Shown here in pieces: positions 1 to 12,619 of a stretch of DNA of 64,000 bases. Below the pieces are notes generated by a model, which ran no database searches, was not told the DNA's origin, and was given only the letters and a program-made list of their open reading frames with translations. The stretch covers positions 6,820,001-6,884,000 of the forward strand of contig NC_082739.1 in assembly GCF_030144855.1 (NCBI RefSeq), read 5' to 3'. The translations under genes and the position numbers were made by a program. This DNA comes from Hypanus sabinus (Eukaryota). The number at the start of each line of letters is the position of its first letter. Positions within the stretch are counted from its first letter, which is position 1.

Positions 1-1302
1 TTATGTTTCATGGCTGTCTGTGGGAAGACGAATCTCAGGATTGTATACTGCATACAAACTTTGATAATAAATGTACTTTGAACCTTTGAAGATGGCTTTC
101 ATTAAATAAAACATGCCAGTAATTCTTTGTGCACTAGTATCACATCCAGTCACTATAAAAGATATCTTTCTTTAAATAACACGTTGGTAAATTTTTGTGT
201 CAAATCCAACACTGGGCCACATAATTACAAAGGGAAAACATAAATACCTTCCTCAGAAAATAAAAGGAATAGCGTTTGGGAATGTGATATTTGACAAGCG
301 TGTAGCTTTCCGTTTGATATACAGGCAGGTCTCAGGCTGTTGGTTTATTTTTAAACTTCTCCCTGCTGTGTGTTCACCACCACGATCGCACAAACTCACC
401 AGGGGAAGGATTTAAAAATGAAATGAAAGCTTCCCACATTAACCAGAATGACGCAAAAACATAATAGCAGCTCAGAGGCATGTGCCGTAGGGGAATAACC
501 TTATATCAAAGTCTAGTGACGGAAATAAAATGAAAGAAAAGGAAGAAACTCTAGTGATTTCTTTTTAATAGATATAGGTCTTATTTTTCCAGTTTTATCT
601 TGCAGCTCATTTGATTTCTTTCTCTTCAACATCGGCCACTCTACATTAGACCCAAGTTTGCAAATTCTGCCTCTAAACAGCTGTTTTTTTTTAAACCTCT
701 TCTACTTTAAAATGGCCCTCCAAATAGAACAGTATATTTTGTCTAATGACACTTGTGGAGCCCCTTGGAGTGTCCCGCTGTGCCAAATGTGAATGATGCA
801 TAGGGTTCACCAGAATATTAAAATGGAGGTCAAACTCAAGGGACTACACAGGCAACAGCTGCTATTTCTTTTGTTCTTGTCGAAGACCCTTTCCAGATCC
901 AGAAATGAATATTCTCTATTTCTCTGCAAAACAGAAGAAACAACGTGCCTGTGTCAATTTTGGCCTGGACGGAACATGTGCTTAGGTCAAGTTCAGGCCA
1001 GGACATGGGAGTCGAACTTTAGTTGATATGTCAGACATTAGATGAGATGTTAAATCAAGACTATTAAGATGTTAAGTTGAAGAGAGAAAACATCCACAGC
1101 AAATCCTTCAGTCCAACATACACCTGTTTATCAACACATTGCTGTTTGTGTGACCTTCATCACAATTTCAGAGACAGAAGACCCACAGGGACAAAAGGTT
1201 CTTTGTCCCAAGCACCATTCAGTTTCATATTGGCATCATGCCCAAGTTAGCACTGGCACTCTATGGCCATCGACCCCATATTCTCTGCACTGACATACAA
1301 TT

Positions 1303-1575
1303 CTGGCAGCACTGTAACGTAATGGTTAGAACAACGCTTTACAGTACCAGCGACCCCAGTTCAATTCCTACTGCTGCCTTTAAGGAATTTGTATGTTCTC
1401 CCTGTGACCGTGTTGGTTTCAGGGTCCAGTTTTCTCCCACAGTTTAAAGACATACAGGTTGGTAGGTTAATTGGCCACTGTAAATTGTCTCATGATTAGG
1501 ACAGGGTTAAATCAGGGGATTGCTGGGCAACATGGTTTGAAGCGCTAAGGGCCTATTCTGCGATATATCGCAATT
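1303..1575 (+). mobile_element. tRNA-derived SINE
   Basis: A-box-like gtaatggttag and B-box-like gttcaattcc. Core gtatgttctccctgtgacc..ggttaattgg..tgtaaattgtc..gattagg recurs across the window. Confidence 0.7.
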
Positions 1576-2249
1576 ACATTTTCAAATTTTCCTTTTCTTG
1601 GGCCAACTGGAACAGCGAGGACTGCAGGAATGCAGGACAAAGAAGAGTCTACCCTAGACTAGTACTTTAAAATTGTGTCAATGGCATTTAATACTTTACT
1701 TCTGAAGTTTGCTTCCAATTATGTCAATGGAGCCGAATTTCAAAAATCAGTGCACTGTATAATGTATGGCAGCTCCAATACTGTGCATCAAGTGTCAGCA
1801 ATGAAGAATAAATTTCCAGCTCCACCACCAAGCCTCCTTGGCGTGTTTGTGTCCGTGTCATCTTAGAGTGACAGCAATTCGTGAATAATTTGTAAGGCCT
1901 TGCAGAATGAGCAACATGAGAGGCCAGTCCAACCTTCTATCAAATGGTACCTTCTACACCTCCTCATTCTGGAAGAGAAAATGAAAGAAAATAAAAACTA
2001 TTTGCAAATTGTCAACTGGTTGCATCTAAAAAAAACGGAATTAAAAGAGGAAGCAAAAGAAAGGGCTGGAATCTCACAACAGGCAAACCACCATTCAAGA
2101 GAGAACTAGCTTAACAACTCAGGAAGGATCCTCCATATAGGCTCATTCTTAGGATGGGCTACTCCAGAATTATAAGCAGAAGGTACTTAATCCACACAGT
2201 GATTAACCTGTAGATCTAATCCCTTTCAGGTCTGGGTCAGATTTTGTTA

Positions 2250-2530
2250 TTATTTATTTAGAGATACAGTAGGGACCAGGCCCTTCCGGCCCACCAAGAC
2301 TCACTGGCCAGCAACCCACCTGTTTAGCACTAGTCTAATCACAGGACAATTTACAATGACCAGTTAACCTAATCGGCACACCTTTGGACTGTAGGAAGAA
2401 ACCAGAAGCATACGCAGTCATGGGAAGGACATACAAACTTCTTACAGACATGGCTGGAATTAAACTTTGAACTCTGACACCCCAAAATGTAATAGCATCA
2501 CACTAACTGCCATGCTGCCGTGACACCATA
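2250..2530 (-). mobile_element. tRNA-derived SINE (same family)
   Basis: ctaatcacaggacaatttacaatgacc is the reverse complement of the SINE core. Confidence 0.7.
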
Positions 2531-3121
2531 TTTTTGTACTGTGCCAAAATATGCACACAATGTTGAGCCAAAGAAAACATTTTGTAACCTCAAAAAGCAG
2601 CTTCCCCACAGGAAGTGAGAATACCAGTTTATGACTTTTTTCCTTTTCCTTGTGTGGAACGTTACTGCTGTACCAACTGCAGAGTTTACAGAGCCCACAA
2701 CTCAGAAGTGCAGACTCACTACTCAGACTGTATATTAAAAATAATAGCTAAAAAGGAGTCCAAGGGATGATCTTATACAAGTATGCAAAAAAAAAAGGTA
2801 GGTATACCTTAATGGTCTCTAGCTTTAAGAATTGTTTTAAAGTAGCACCACAATAACTTCATCAATGGCCAGAAGTTTAATAATGTGTTCAGAGTTACAA
2901 CCTCGAAACAAATCAGTTGATTTTGGTTTCCTTTAAAGTACACCAGTATTACAGATGGAGTAGAGATCAGCTGGAGAGGAGGCCAAATTTCCAACTTTAT
3001 CCTAATTCAATAGCAGATAATTTTCCAACCAACAAGTACTTTCTCACACCTAGAACTCTATTTTTTTTCCATCAAGAATATACATCCTGATTTAGGAATT
3101 TATGCAGTACAGTAATAGAAT

Positions 3122-3275
3122 AAACAAGAGATTCTGCAGATGCTGGACATCCAGAAGATCACACACAAGATGCTGGAGGAACTCAGCAGGACAGGCGGCA
3201 TGTATGGAAATGAATGAACAGTCAACATTTCCGACTGAGACTCTTCTTCAGGTCTGAGAAGGAATGGGGAAGAAG
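3122..3275 (-). repeat. Penelope terminal-repeat fragment
   Basis: The motif acaagagattctgcagatgctgg..acacacaagatgctggaggaactcagcagg is shared with the termini of the longer copies. Confidence 0.7.
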
Positions 3276-3521
3276 CCTCAGTGATATAATCTCTTTAAAA
3301 ACCACTTATCAAATCCAAAATGGAAAATATATTGACCATTAAAAGGAAGAGTTTAGGTGATCTGATCAACTCATCATTAAAACATGGTTTGTGCAGTTTT
3401 AAGATGATCTGGTTTCAGTTAGTTTAATGCTAAGATTTAAAAAATTAAGGTGATTATAACTAAAAGATCAAGGCAAGGAATGAATACATGCAAAACCAGT
3501 AGTTACATATTCTTTGGAGAC

Positions 3522-3710
3522 GAGACTGCAGATGCTAGAATTTAGAACACACAAAGTGCTGAAGGAACACAGCATGTCAGGCAGCAATTATGGAAATGGG
3601 CAGTCCCATGTTTCACCTGTCCAGATGAAAGGTCTCGAACTAAAACATGCTCATTTTCCTCTGTAAATGCTGCCTGGATTCAGTTCCTCCAGCACTCTGT
3701 GTGTTGCTAC
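3522..3710. repeat. Foldback element made of two inverted Penelope terminal repeats
   Basis: aacacacaaagtgctgaaggaac ... gttcctccagcactctgtgtgtt form inverted arms. Confidence 0.65.
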
Positions 3711-3954
3711 AAATTCTTTCATATTTGACTGTTTTTATTCTTGAAGGTAGCAAGTTATCTTCAGAATAATCTCTAAATAGTAATTTCCTCAACAATAACA
3801 TTGGATATCATTCCTCATTCATTCAAACAATGCTTGAATACCAGTTTCATCCAGTAGAAAACATGCCAAGTTGCATACTATTCTGTGTACAGTACTTAAC
3901 CTGACCTACCATTGAGGTCACGCACAGAAGAAATTTACACTTTGATTTTGGAAA

Positions 3955-4265
3955 GGTGCCAATAGAGAAGTTGACAGGCAACAGGAGGCTAAAGAAATTC
4001 AACATGTCCCTATCAATTCTTACCAATTTTTTCAATACACCATGGAAAACATTCTATCTGAATGCATAACAGCTTGGTACAGCAACTGCTCTGCCTGTGA
4101 CCACAAGGAACTTCAGAGTGTTTTAGACACAGCTCAGCACATCACAGGAACCAGCCTCCCCTCTATGGGCTGTCTATACTTCACTGCCTCAGTAAAGCAG
4201 TCAACATAATCAAAAGACCCCACCAATTCCGGGCATTCACTCTTCTCCTTCACCCATCAAGCAGA
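3955..4265 (+). mobile_element. Rex1/Babar-like LINE fragment
   Basis: accatggaaaacattctatctgaatgcataacagcttggtac..cataatcaaaagacccca, homologous to the 16.2, 23.1 and 53.1 kb copies. Confidence 0.65.
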
Positions 4266-4282
4266 GTGGGGAATGGTGAAGG

Positions 4283-4915
4283 GGGAGACCATTACTGGAA
4301 ATTCTAGAAATCAATGCTCATGCCATCAGGTTGGAGGGCACCCAGGTGGAATACAAGGTGTTGCTCCTCCACCCTGAGTGCGGCCTCATCGCAGCAGTAG
4401 AGGCAGCCACGGACTGACACTTCGACAGCAGTAGAGGCAGCCACCTTGCATTCCGTCTGGGTAGCCTCCAACCTGATGGCATTAACATCAATTTCTCAAA
4501 CTTCCAGTAATGGCTCCCACCCTTCTTCCCCATTCCTATTTCTCTCTCTCACCTCATCACCTTTCCTGCTCATCATCTCCCTCTGGTGCTTCCCCCCTCC
4601 CTTTCTTACATGGTCTTCCGTCAAATTCTCCCTTCTCCGGCCCCTTACCTCTTTCACCAAATGACCTTACAGTTTTTTTTTACTTCACCCCTCCCCACTC
4701 CTGGTTTGACCCATCACCTACTCCCTTGCACTTCTTCTTTCCCTACTTCTTACTCTGACTTCTCATCTTTTATCTCCAGTTCCGATGAAGGGTCTCAGTC
4801 CAAAACATCGACTGTTTACTCTTTTCCATAGATGCTGCCTGGCCTGCTGAGTTCCTCCAGCATTTTGTGTGTGTTGCTTGGATTTCCAGCATCTGCAAAT
4901 TTTCTCTTGTTTGTG
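4283..4915 (+). mobile_element. Penelope-like 3' fragment with an inverted 5' segment
   Basis: 4445-4915 is the reverse complement of the 3' end of the 12.6 kb element. About 4283-4410 is the same family in the opposite orientation. Confidence 0.8.
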
Positions 4916-5224
4916 ATTGGAATACATATGAATGCCACTTTATTTAATTGACTAGAGCTTGAGTGAGCAAAGCCAGAAAAATGGAGACAAAAAAGTGAAT
5001 GAGTTGACGAATGCACGCAGTAGAGGGTCACATTAAAGCTGTTTTACCTACGCAATCTGTAATTTTAAAAGGTACCATTACCTCTAGCCCTACACACGAC
5101 ACTTCGCACTCGGATGCGAAAGTGTTACTGCAGGAATCAAAAGAGCTTTCACACAGTTAACAATGCATCCTTTAACAGTTTATAATCAGCAACCCCCCTC
5201 TCATTCCCCTGCCTTTGAAATCTC

Positions 5225-5460
5225 ACTAATCATAAATCCTCCACTTTTAATCTTTATCTTGTGCATTTAATATTCCAGTAAAATTGTAAATATATTGTTT
5301 GATTAAGCATTCTTTGTTTAATTCATTGTGGGTTATATGTAAAAGTACGTGAATGGCATACATCATTACACCACGTTATATATGCGCACCTCACTAAAGC
5401 AAAGAACAAAGTAGACACACATCTCCCAATTTCCCATCTTTTTCTTTTGATTAGTTTTGT
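5225..5460 (+). repeat. Unclassified interspersed repeat, possibly a solo-LTR relic; related copy at about 19990-20155
   Basis: Both loci share aattcatt..g.gttatatgta.aa.tacgt.aat.gcataca..cctcact.aa..ttag..t..tgt. Confidence 0.4.
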
Positions 5461-5464
5461 GGTA

Positions 5465-5710
5465 TTAGTCAGCTGCATCGTGGGCACTAGCCTCCATAGT
5501 ATCAAGGAGCGATGCCTCAAAAAGGTGGCATCTATCATTAAGGATCATCGCTCATCACCCGGGTCATGCCCGATTCGCATGGTTACCATCAGGGAGGAGG
5601 TACAGAAGCCTTAAGGCACACACTCAACAATGCAGGGACGGCTTCTTTCCTGGTGCCCTCTGATTTCTGAATGGACATTGAACCCATGAATACTACCTCA
5701 CTACTTTTTT
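5465..5710 (+). mobile_element. Rex1/Babar-like LINE 3' fragment
   Basis: accatcagggaggaggtacagaagcct..aatggacattgaacccatg..tactacctcacta matches 53270-53390. Confidence 0.65.
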
Positions 5711-7644
5711 CACAACTTTTTATATCCAATTCTGATAACCTTTCCAACTGGAGTCCAGTGTAGTCTTTCCTATTGAATCAGACTTCGTGTGCCCTCATAT
5801 TCCCTGGACCTCTGAAAATACACAGCTGACAGGCTCCGTCCAATAGCTAAAGTACAAGGTTCTAATACAAACATGGCGCTACTCATGATAAACAGAAATG
5901 TACATACATTGCCGCAACCTACAGCAAGGGTGAATGTTAATAAGCTTCCTGAATTCCAACTCTTATCCTGTACCACAGAAAACAGCTAAAACTGGGGTGG
6001 GGGCATCTACCACAGTACAGTGTGCACTTTATTTTTAATAAATACATCAAAAATATCAACTTCTCAAACTTGTGCTTAGGGCAAGGAAGCAGTGCTTGCA
6101 TATATGCGATCACAGGATTTTTCTGCAGCAAAGTCCATTCGCACACTGAGCCTGGGTCAGGATTTTCTGAGCAGCAAATCAGTCAGTCCAATTTTTCTGC
6201 TATTTTCCTTCCATCCCTGCGATCTTTCCTCCACTCTAAGCTCCCGTCTGAAATACGGTGCTCACAATTAGGACTGAATTATCTATGCACATCCTGCACA
6301 TGCATCTCCAAGTACGTAAATTCATTTTAAAAATTAAACATACACACATTGGCACATCACAATTATATAAAGACCAATTAGATTGATGGTGATCAATTAC
6401 TTGCAGCAGGGCTTGAGTCCCAATCTTCAAACTCAGGCCAGATTGTTGTTAATATTATTCCTTTCTGTGTCTTTTAGTATTTAATATATTCCGCTTCTTT
6501 AGTATTTGTGTCTATGTTTTTTTTTAAATGATGCCAAGTTGCTAGCTCAACACTCAACCTAGCGTGGAGGGAGAGCGTGAAAGGAGCCAGATAGATCCGA
6601 ATCAGAGACCACTCGCCTCAAAGTCTGGTGCGGATGCCACTACACCACCAGGCAGCTAAAGGCCGGGTTGCTTCCATTCAACTGTTTAGTCAGAATCAGG
6701 TTTATTATCACTGATGTGTTGTGCAGCAGTACTGTGCAATACACAAGTTACAATAAATATTTTTTTTTAAAGAGCAAAAAGCAAGTTAGTGATCTGAATG
6801 GACCATGAACTCACGCAAATTGAACTCACAAACAAAGTGGTTTTTAAACACAAGGTTAATGGAACTAATGCACACTGTGGTAATCCTATCTCCAAGTTGA
6901 TGCTATCCATTATCGGCAGTGCACTTTGGATTTTACATAATGTACAATTAAACAACAATGATAACTTGGTTTCTTGTGTACAAGGGAGGAGGAAAAACAA
7001 GAGCATGGATGTCGATTATTGCTATCCAACAGTGAGATTCAAGATCAACATTAATCTGGTGTGTCTACCCCTAGGTGATGGCTGCACACTCTGATATTCA
7101 GTTAGGTTGCTGGCTTTGAAAATGGTGTACAAGCCTAATGCATCACTCCTGCCTCCAACAATGTCAATTACCTTTCCTCATTGCTCACTTGGCACCTCAA
7201 CCAAACCATCACACTTCACATCAGCAAGTACAAGGCTGTTTGACCACAGGAGCCGTCGCAGACCTGCTGCCACACTTGCAATTTGTATATTAGCATGAAC
7301 GCTGACCGATTTCGTTTCCCCTGATTATCCGGGTGATGTCTCTGCAAACCACTACAGATTCCCAGTGAACTCAAAGAGACAAAATGATTTGTGCCTGCCC
7401 ACCCAATGCTGTGTAAAGTGAAGAAGCATGAAATCAGCTGATTTTAACCAGAGAGACTTCATTTACTGGACTCCAAGTTTTTTAAAAAATACTCTAGAAA
7501 CTGCTCAGACTATAAGTTTACTTCACCATACTACAAAATGTTTTTGCATTGCCTGATGTGAAACAAGGCAGGCAATGGATGCACTGCAAATGGTCTGACT
7601 GGAGGCCACAGGGACATCGGGTGAAAACAGCCGATAATAATCAC

Positions 7645-8150
7645 TTCACAGTAAATTTATTCAAGTACTGTATGTACATTACCACATACTACCTTGAGAT
7701 TCATTTTCTTGCAGGCATTTACAGGAATAAAGAAATATAATAGAATTTATAAACTATACATAAAGACTGACAAACAATGTGCAAAAGACAAATTGTACAT
7801 ATGAACAAGTAATTAATACCAAGAATGTGAATTGTAACGTCCATAAAAGTGGTTCTGTAGGTTGTGGAATCAGATCAGAATTGAGGTGAATCTACGCAGG
7901 TTCAGGAGCCTAATGGTTGAAGGGTAATAACTGTTCCTGAATGTGATGGTGTTGGACCCAAGGCTTCAGTACTTCCTGCCTGATGGTAGTCATGAGAAGA
8001 GAACATGGCCTGGATGGTGGGGTCCTTGATGATGGACGCTGCTTTCTTGTGGCAGTGCTCTGTGTAAATGTACTCAGTGGTGAGGAGAGCTTTGTCTGTG
8101 ATGGACTGAGCTGTATCCACCATTTTCTGCAGACAATTCTGTTCCTACTT
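7645..8150 (-). mobile_element. Rex1/Babar-like LINE 3' fragment
   Basis: ORF 7902-8123 reads VDTAQSIT..KKAASIIKDP; the reverse complement matches 60.8-61.2 kb. Confidence 0.7.
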
Positions 8151-11100
8151 GTCTCAAATGTTCAGGAATAAAAGAGGTACAAAGAGAAGTAAAAGCCCAC
8201 CAGAAAATAATTTATAAAAATATTTGAAGGGCATATTTCAAGCTGATCAGCTCTTGTTTAAGAATTAAAATTAATTGTTTTGACTAATTTTTTGCCTCAC
8301 TTCAATAACATCTTTATAGATATATTTTATTTCAGGTCTCCAACTTTCCTAGTCTTCACTGATTAAAGAGAAATAACTTGCTCTACTGCTGACTGAAAAA
8401 CAGCTTAAATTTCTTCTCCTAAAAAAGTACATTTTTTTAAAAAAAATAGCTTGCAGTTCAGCTGATAGAGGTCACTTTTCCATTTTAACAAAAAAAAACA
8501 ATTAAAAGGAACTGGTGACCATGACATCACAGTTGTCTGCATTTTTTCCCCAATAAAAACTTTGTAGAGTGATATAATTAACCTCTAATTTTCTGACTGG
8601 ACAATGAGCGCATTCTGGGAGAAGTACAATTTTGACAAAAGGTGGTAGATATATTTGAGGGAATTTGACCTTTGCCTCTGCACAGATATAGGAGGCTTGC
8701 CCTCCCCCCCACCTTGAGGCCCACTATCTTGTTCCAAAAGACCCCTTTGCCCTTGTCAAGCCAGACCGCCCTGAACAATGAGCTTCTTGGGTCCACACTG
8801 CAGCCCCCAAGCTGAACCATTTCCATGAACTATGTTCCCAATCCCATAAAGGCCTGACTGAACAAACACAGTACCGTTTCCACATGGCCTCCCCAGGTCC
8901 CATTTCAGCCCAGGAATGAAAAGAACTACTGTAAATAAAAGAGGCCTCTTTGACCTGTCATTGTCTGTTCTCAGACCCCAGTATCCATTCTACTGTAACC
9001 CAGCCACACTCTGCACAATGGACTCAGTGATGGCTGTGCTAACCTTTGCCTGAGAGTGGAAGACCCACAGCTTCAAGATAAAAAGAGCCCTGTCAAAGAT
9101 TTCCCTCCCCACTGCGCTCCCAAACCCTTAAGCCTTGGTATCCCTGCTGATTGGGGTTGGAGACCTACAAATTCCCATTAAAAACATTTTTATTCCTTTC
9201 AGAAAAACTTTTACGTATTTTTTTTAAAAAAGGAAAGGTGCTTAAAAACAGCATTCTGTGCAAATCAAAATCATATCTATTCAATGGTCTGATTTGTAAA
9301 AGGCAACTAGTTGGAGGGCAAATTTACACTATAAAAATGTGCACAAAATTCACTAAGAAATTAAGTAGAATTTATCCAAGTAACATGCAGCCACAAAAAA
9401 ATTTTGTTATTCCTCGTGAGTGATGAGATTCTGGATGAGCTAAGCAGAGGTTGCAAGCTACAGACTAATTTGGAGAACTGACGGTACAATACCATAAGAG
9501 ATGAGTATGCATTTCTTGAGCTGCTTCAGTGGGATGATTTCTAGTGCCTCATCTTCTATGCGATGCTCAGTCCTGTGTCCTATTTTGAACTCTAGATGGA
9601 ATCCAAAGGCACTAGCTGTGAGTCACAAGGACCACGGCCTTATAAATATCACAGCTACAACATGCATCTAACAGTGTGAGAAGACGCTGTGGAATTGTAC
9701 AAAAGATCAGGACCACAAGTTCCACATTATTTAACAAGGACCGCAGACACTGAGCGGGGGGAAGAAAAGATTCCCAAAGATAATATTAGAAATTGAGAGG
9801 TTGCAGCTGTCAGGAAAAGTTGTGTAGTGTGGAGTTTCTCACTCTCTCTTCAAGTGACAGGGCTGGGGAGCCTTCATGTAGAAAGGCAAGATTACGAAAC
9901 CATTTAATAAACAGAAGTGGAGCTTCTGTAACATTATCTCACAAGATGGCATTACTAATACAAATCACTCAGAGAATGGCAAGAATGAGGAACTTGCCAG
10001 CTCATGGAGCAACTTAAGCCAATAACATACAAGGGGAAAATCTATAAAAGGGCATAGGCGAGAAAAGAACAGATTATGATGACAAATGTCTCATTACCAG
10101 TACAGATATTCAGGGTGCAAAGATCAGACACAGGTTGTAGCCACAATTTGACAGGGAAAATGAAGTGAATTGGTGACTGCAAGAATTTTTAAAAAGCCCC
10201 AAAGTGGTAACGGGAGGAAAAGAGCATCACTGAAAAAAAGTCTGTATCCTTACAAATGCGCACGGTTTCAATTTCCCTCATGAAACTGACAGATGTTACA
10301 GGGAATAACTGAATTTGGGGATTGTACTAGGCAGAAAGGAAGTTTTAAACCAGCAGGGGGAAACAATTTAATGTGAAAAGAGGATTTTTCCCCCAACCTT
10401 TCCAAACTGCTCTGTACTCATTAAGCAAAGGGCAGAGACTAATCACACCCTCTAATCAGAAACAGACCAGAGTTTACTACAAGATTTACCAGGAGAAGTG
10501 TTTTCATATTCAAGCACTCATTCAAAACAGGATAGTGAATAATGCAGTTAAATCAGGTGGAACATGCAAATTTAATGGAAATTTCTACCTTATTAAATTT
10601 TCCTTTCCACAAAACCCAAAGTGCTAAGTTTGCTTAGATGGGTAATCCCCTCCACAGCTAACCAGATTCCTGCTCCCACACACAAATCTGGTAACCACGT
10701 TAGTCATGAACTCCACTTCTAGTCTATCCTGAAGCATTTTTCATTCCCGCCAGCTGAAAGTTGGTTGGGAGGAGGGCACAATTAGTTTTTGTCCTTGGTC
10801 CTAATCACTTGACCATTGGCGAGTAAATACAGACCAAACCGTAACATCATCACAGCTTGCAGAGTTGTTGTCTCACAGCTCCACTGACCTAGGTTCAATC
10901 CCAACCTCTGTAGATTCTCCTCATACAGCTTTCCTCTGGGTGATCCTGTTTACTTCCATATCACTAAAAGACGCATGGTGGGATGTTCAGTTGAACACTC
11001 TAGTTCAGGGGTTCCCACTTTTTTTAATGCCATGGACCAATACCATTAGCAAGGGGTCCAATAACCCCAGCTCGAGTGTGTTATGGGAAGGAGTGGGGAA

Positions 11101-12294
11101 GAGGATAGGTTCCAGGGAAAATCAGTGGAAGTGCAATTACATTGTGAGCCAACAATGACACATGGATCAGGGTTAACTTACCCTCAGCACTGATGCACTT
11201 GATTGAAGGATGTTGAAGTCGAAGGCCACTTGAAACAATACAAGATTCTCACAACACCCTAACAAAAGAGGAAATCCTCACTACCTCTTTCTCAGTTACA
11301 AGTATCTTTGTTAAGCAAAATGGAATTTATTCATAGAGAAAAAAATTAAAATAAACTGTGTAATACCTTTGCATTCTTACATTCATGGGCAACGTACAAA
11401 GTAGTGCTCAATTATATTTCTTAAAACCAATAGCGCTCATCACTCATGTGCCCCAATATTCCCCCCCCCCACCAAGGTGTGCACCTCTAGAACTGAGGAG
11501 CTTCCTCATCCAACCTGGCCCCTCCCTGCCCAGCAGGGGACAAACCCTATACTGCGTTACTGACAAAAGGATCATTTCTTGTTAAGCAGACTGGCTGCTC
11601 CTTTTATCAAGATAAAAGTGATCAGAGGAATGTTTTGCAAAATTAGAAAAGGTCACACCATACATACATGTTGAAATCATTCAGTTTTTTTTAAAAAAAA
11701 ACAAACGTACATTTATTTTGGAAACTTTCAGATCCAAAAGTCCATGGCTAACGTGGCATTTAGTCAATGGAAAACAGGCAAACAGCCAATGTGCACACAC
11801 CAGGATTTCACCCATGTGATAATGCAACAATGAACAAAGGATAAATATTGGTTGGACACTGCAACAGTCTGCTTCTTTGAAATCGTATTTTGGGATACTT
11901 CGAGCTGAGGTGGGGGGGGGGGGCAGCATCCCAACTGAAAACCGGCATCGCAGCAGCTCTCCGCCACGCCTGGCAACGTCAGCCAACTGAAATCTTCAGA
12001 CTGATTGAGAAAGTTATTCCCAGCTTTCATTCCATGCTGACTTTCTGGTATCTATTCAAGGTACCAAGGCAATTCTGAAGGGCAGTAAAGAAAGGTGTTA
12101 AGATGTTGCACCCCACCCCCTGCCCCAATTAGACACTGATCCAGCAGAACTTACTGCAGAGTTTACTACCAGGCAGAGTGCACCCAAGCAGCAGCACTCC
12201 TTTGTCCTCGGTCTTTCCTTTCCTAGGGAATACGGTAGAGGTTTTAAAATTATGAAGGTGTTTTACTTATTGAATGAAAGCCAGCCTTTCTGTC

Positions 12295-12477
12295 CCTTTA
12301 AGCCACGCTGCCCAGCAATCCCCGTTTAACCCTGGCCTAAATGTGGGGCTGTTTACAATGATGAATTAACCCATCAACCGATTCATCTTTGGAATGCGGG
12401 AGGACACCTGAGCACCCGGAGGAATCTCACGTGGTCACAGGGAGAACGTACAAACTCCTTACAGACAGCAGCAGGAA
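12295..12477 (-). mobile_element. tRNA-derived SINE fragment
   Basis: gcccagcaatcccc..tttacaatga..ggtcacagggagaacgtacaaactcctta. Confidence 0.65.
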
Positions 12478-12619
12478 GATTGGTGGGTAAATGTCTAAAG
12501 CAAGTGATTTTAAGATACTAATAATAGATCCAATAAAGCAGGCAGAAGAAACGTACAGACCCAGTAGAACTTGCTCTCACATAAGCGGCAAGCCAAACAG
12601 ACAAGGTATTTAAGGGAAC

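Noticed and set aside
1303-1375. tRNA-like A and B boxes as tRNA genes (also at 22.4, 29.4 and 62.5 kb)
   Set aside because: No cloverleaf was seen, and each continues into a shared SINE body.
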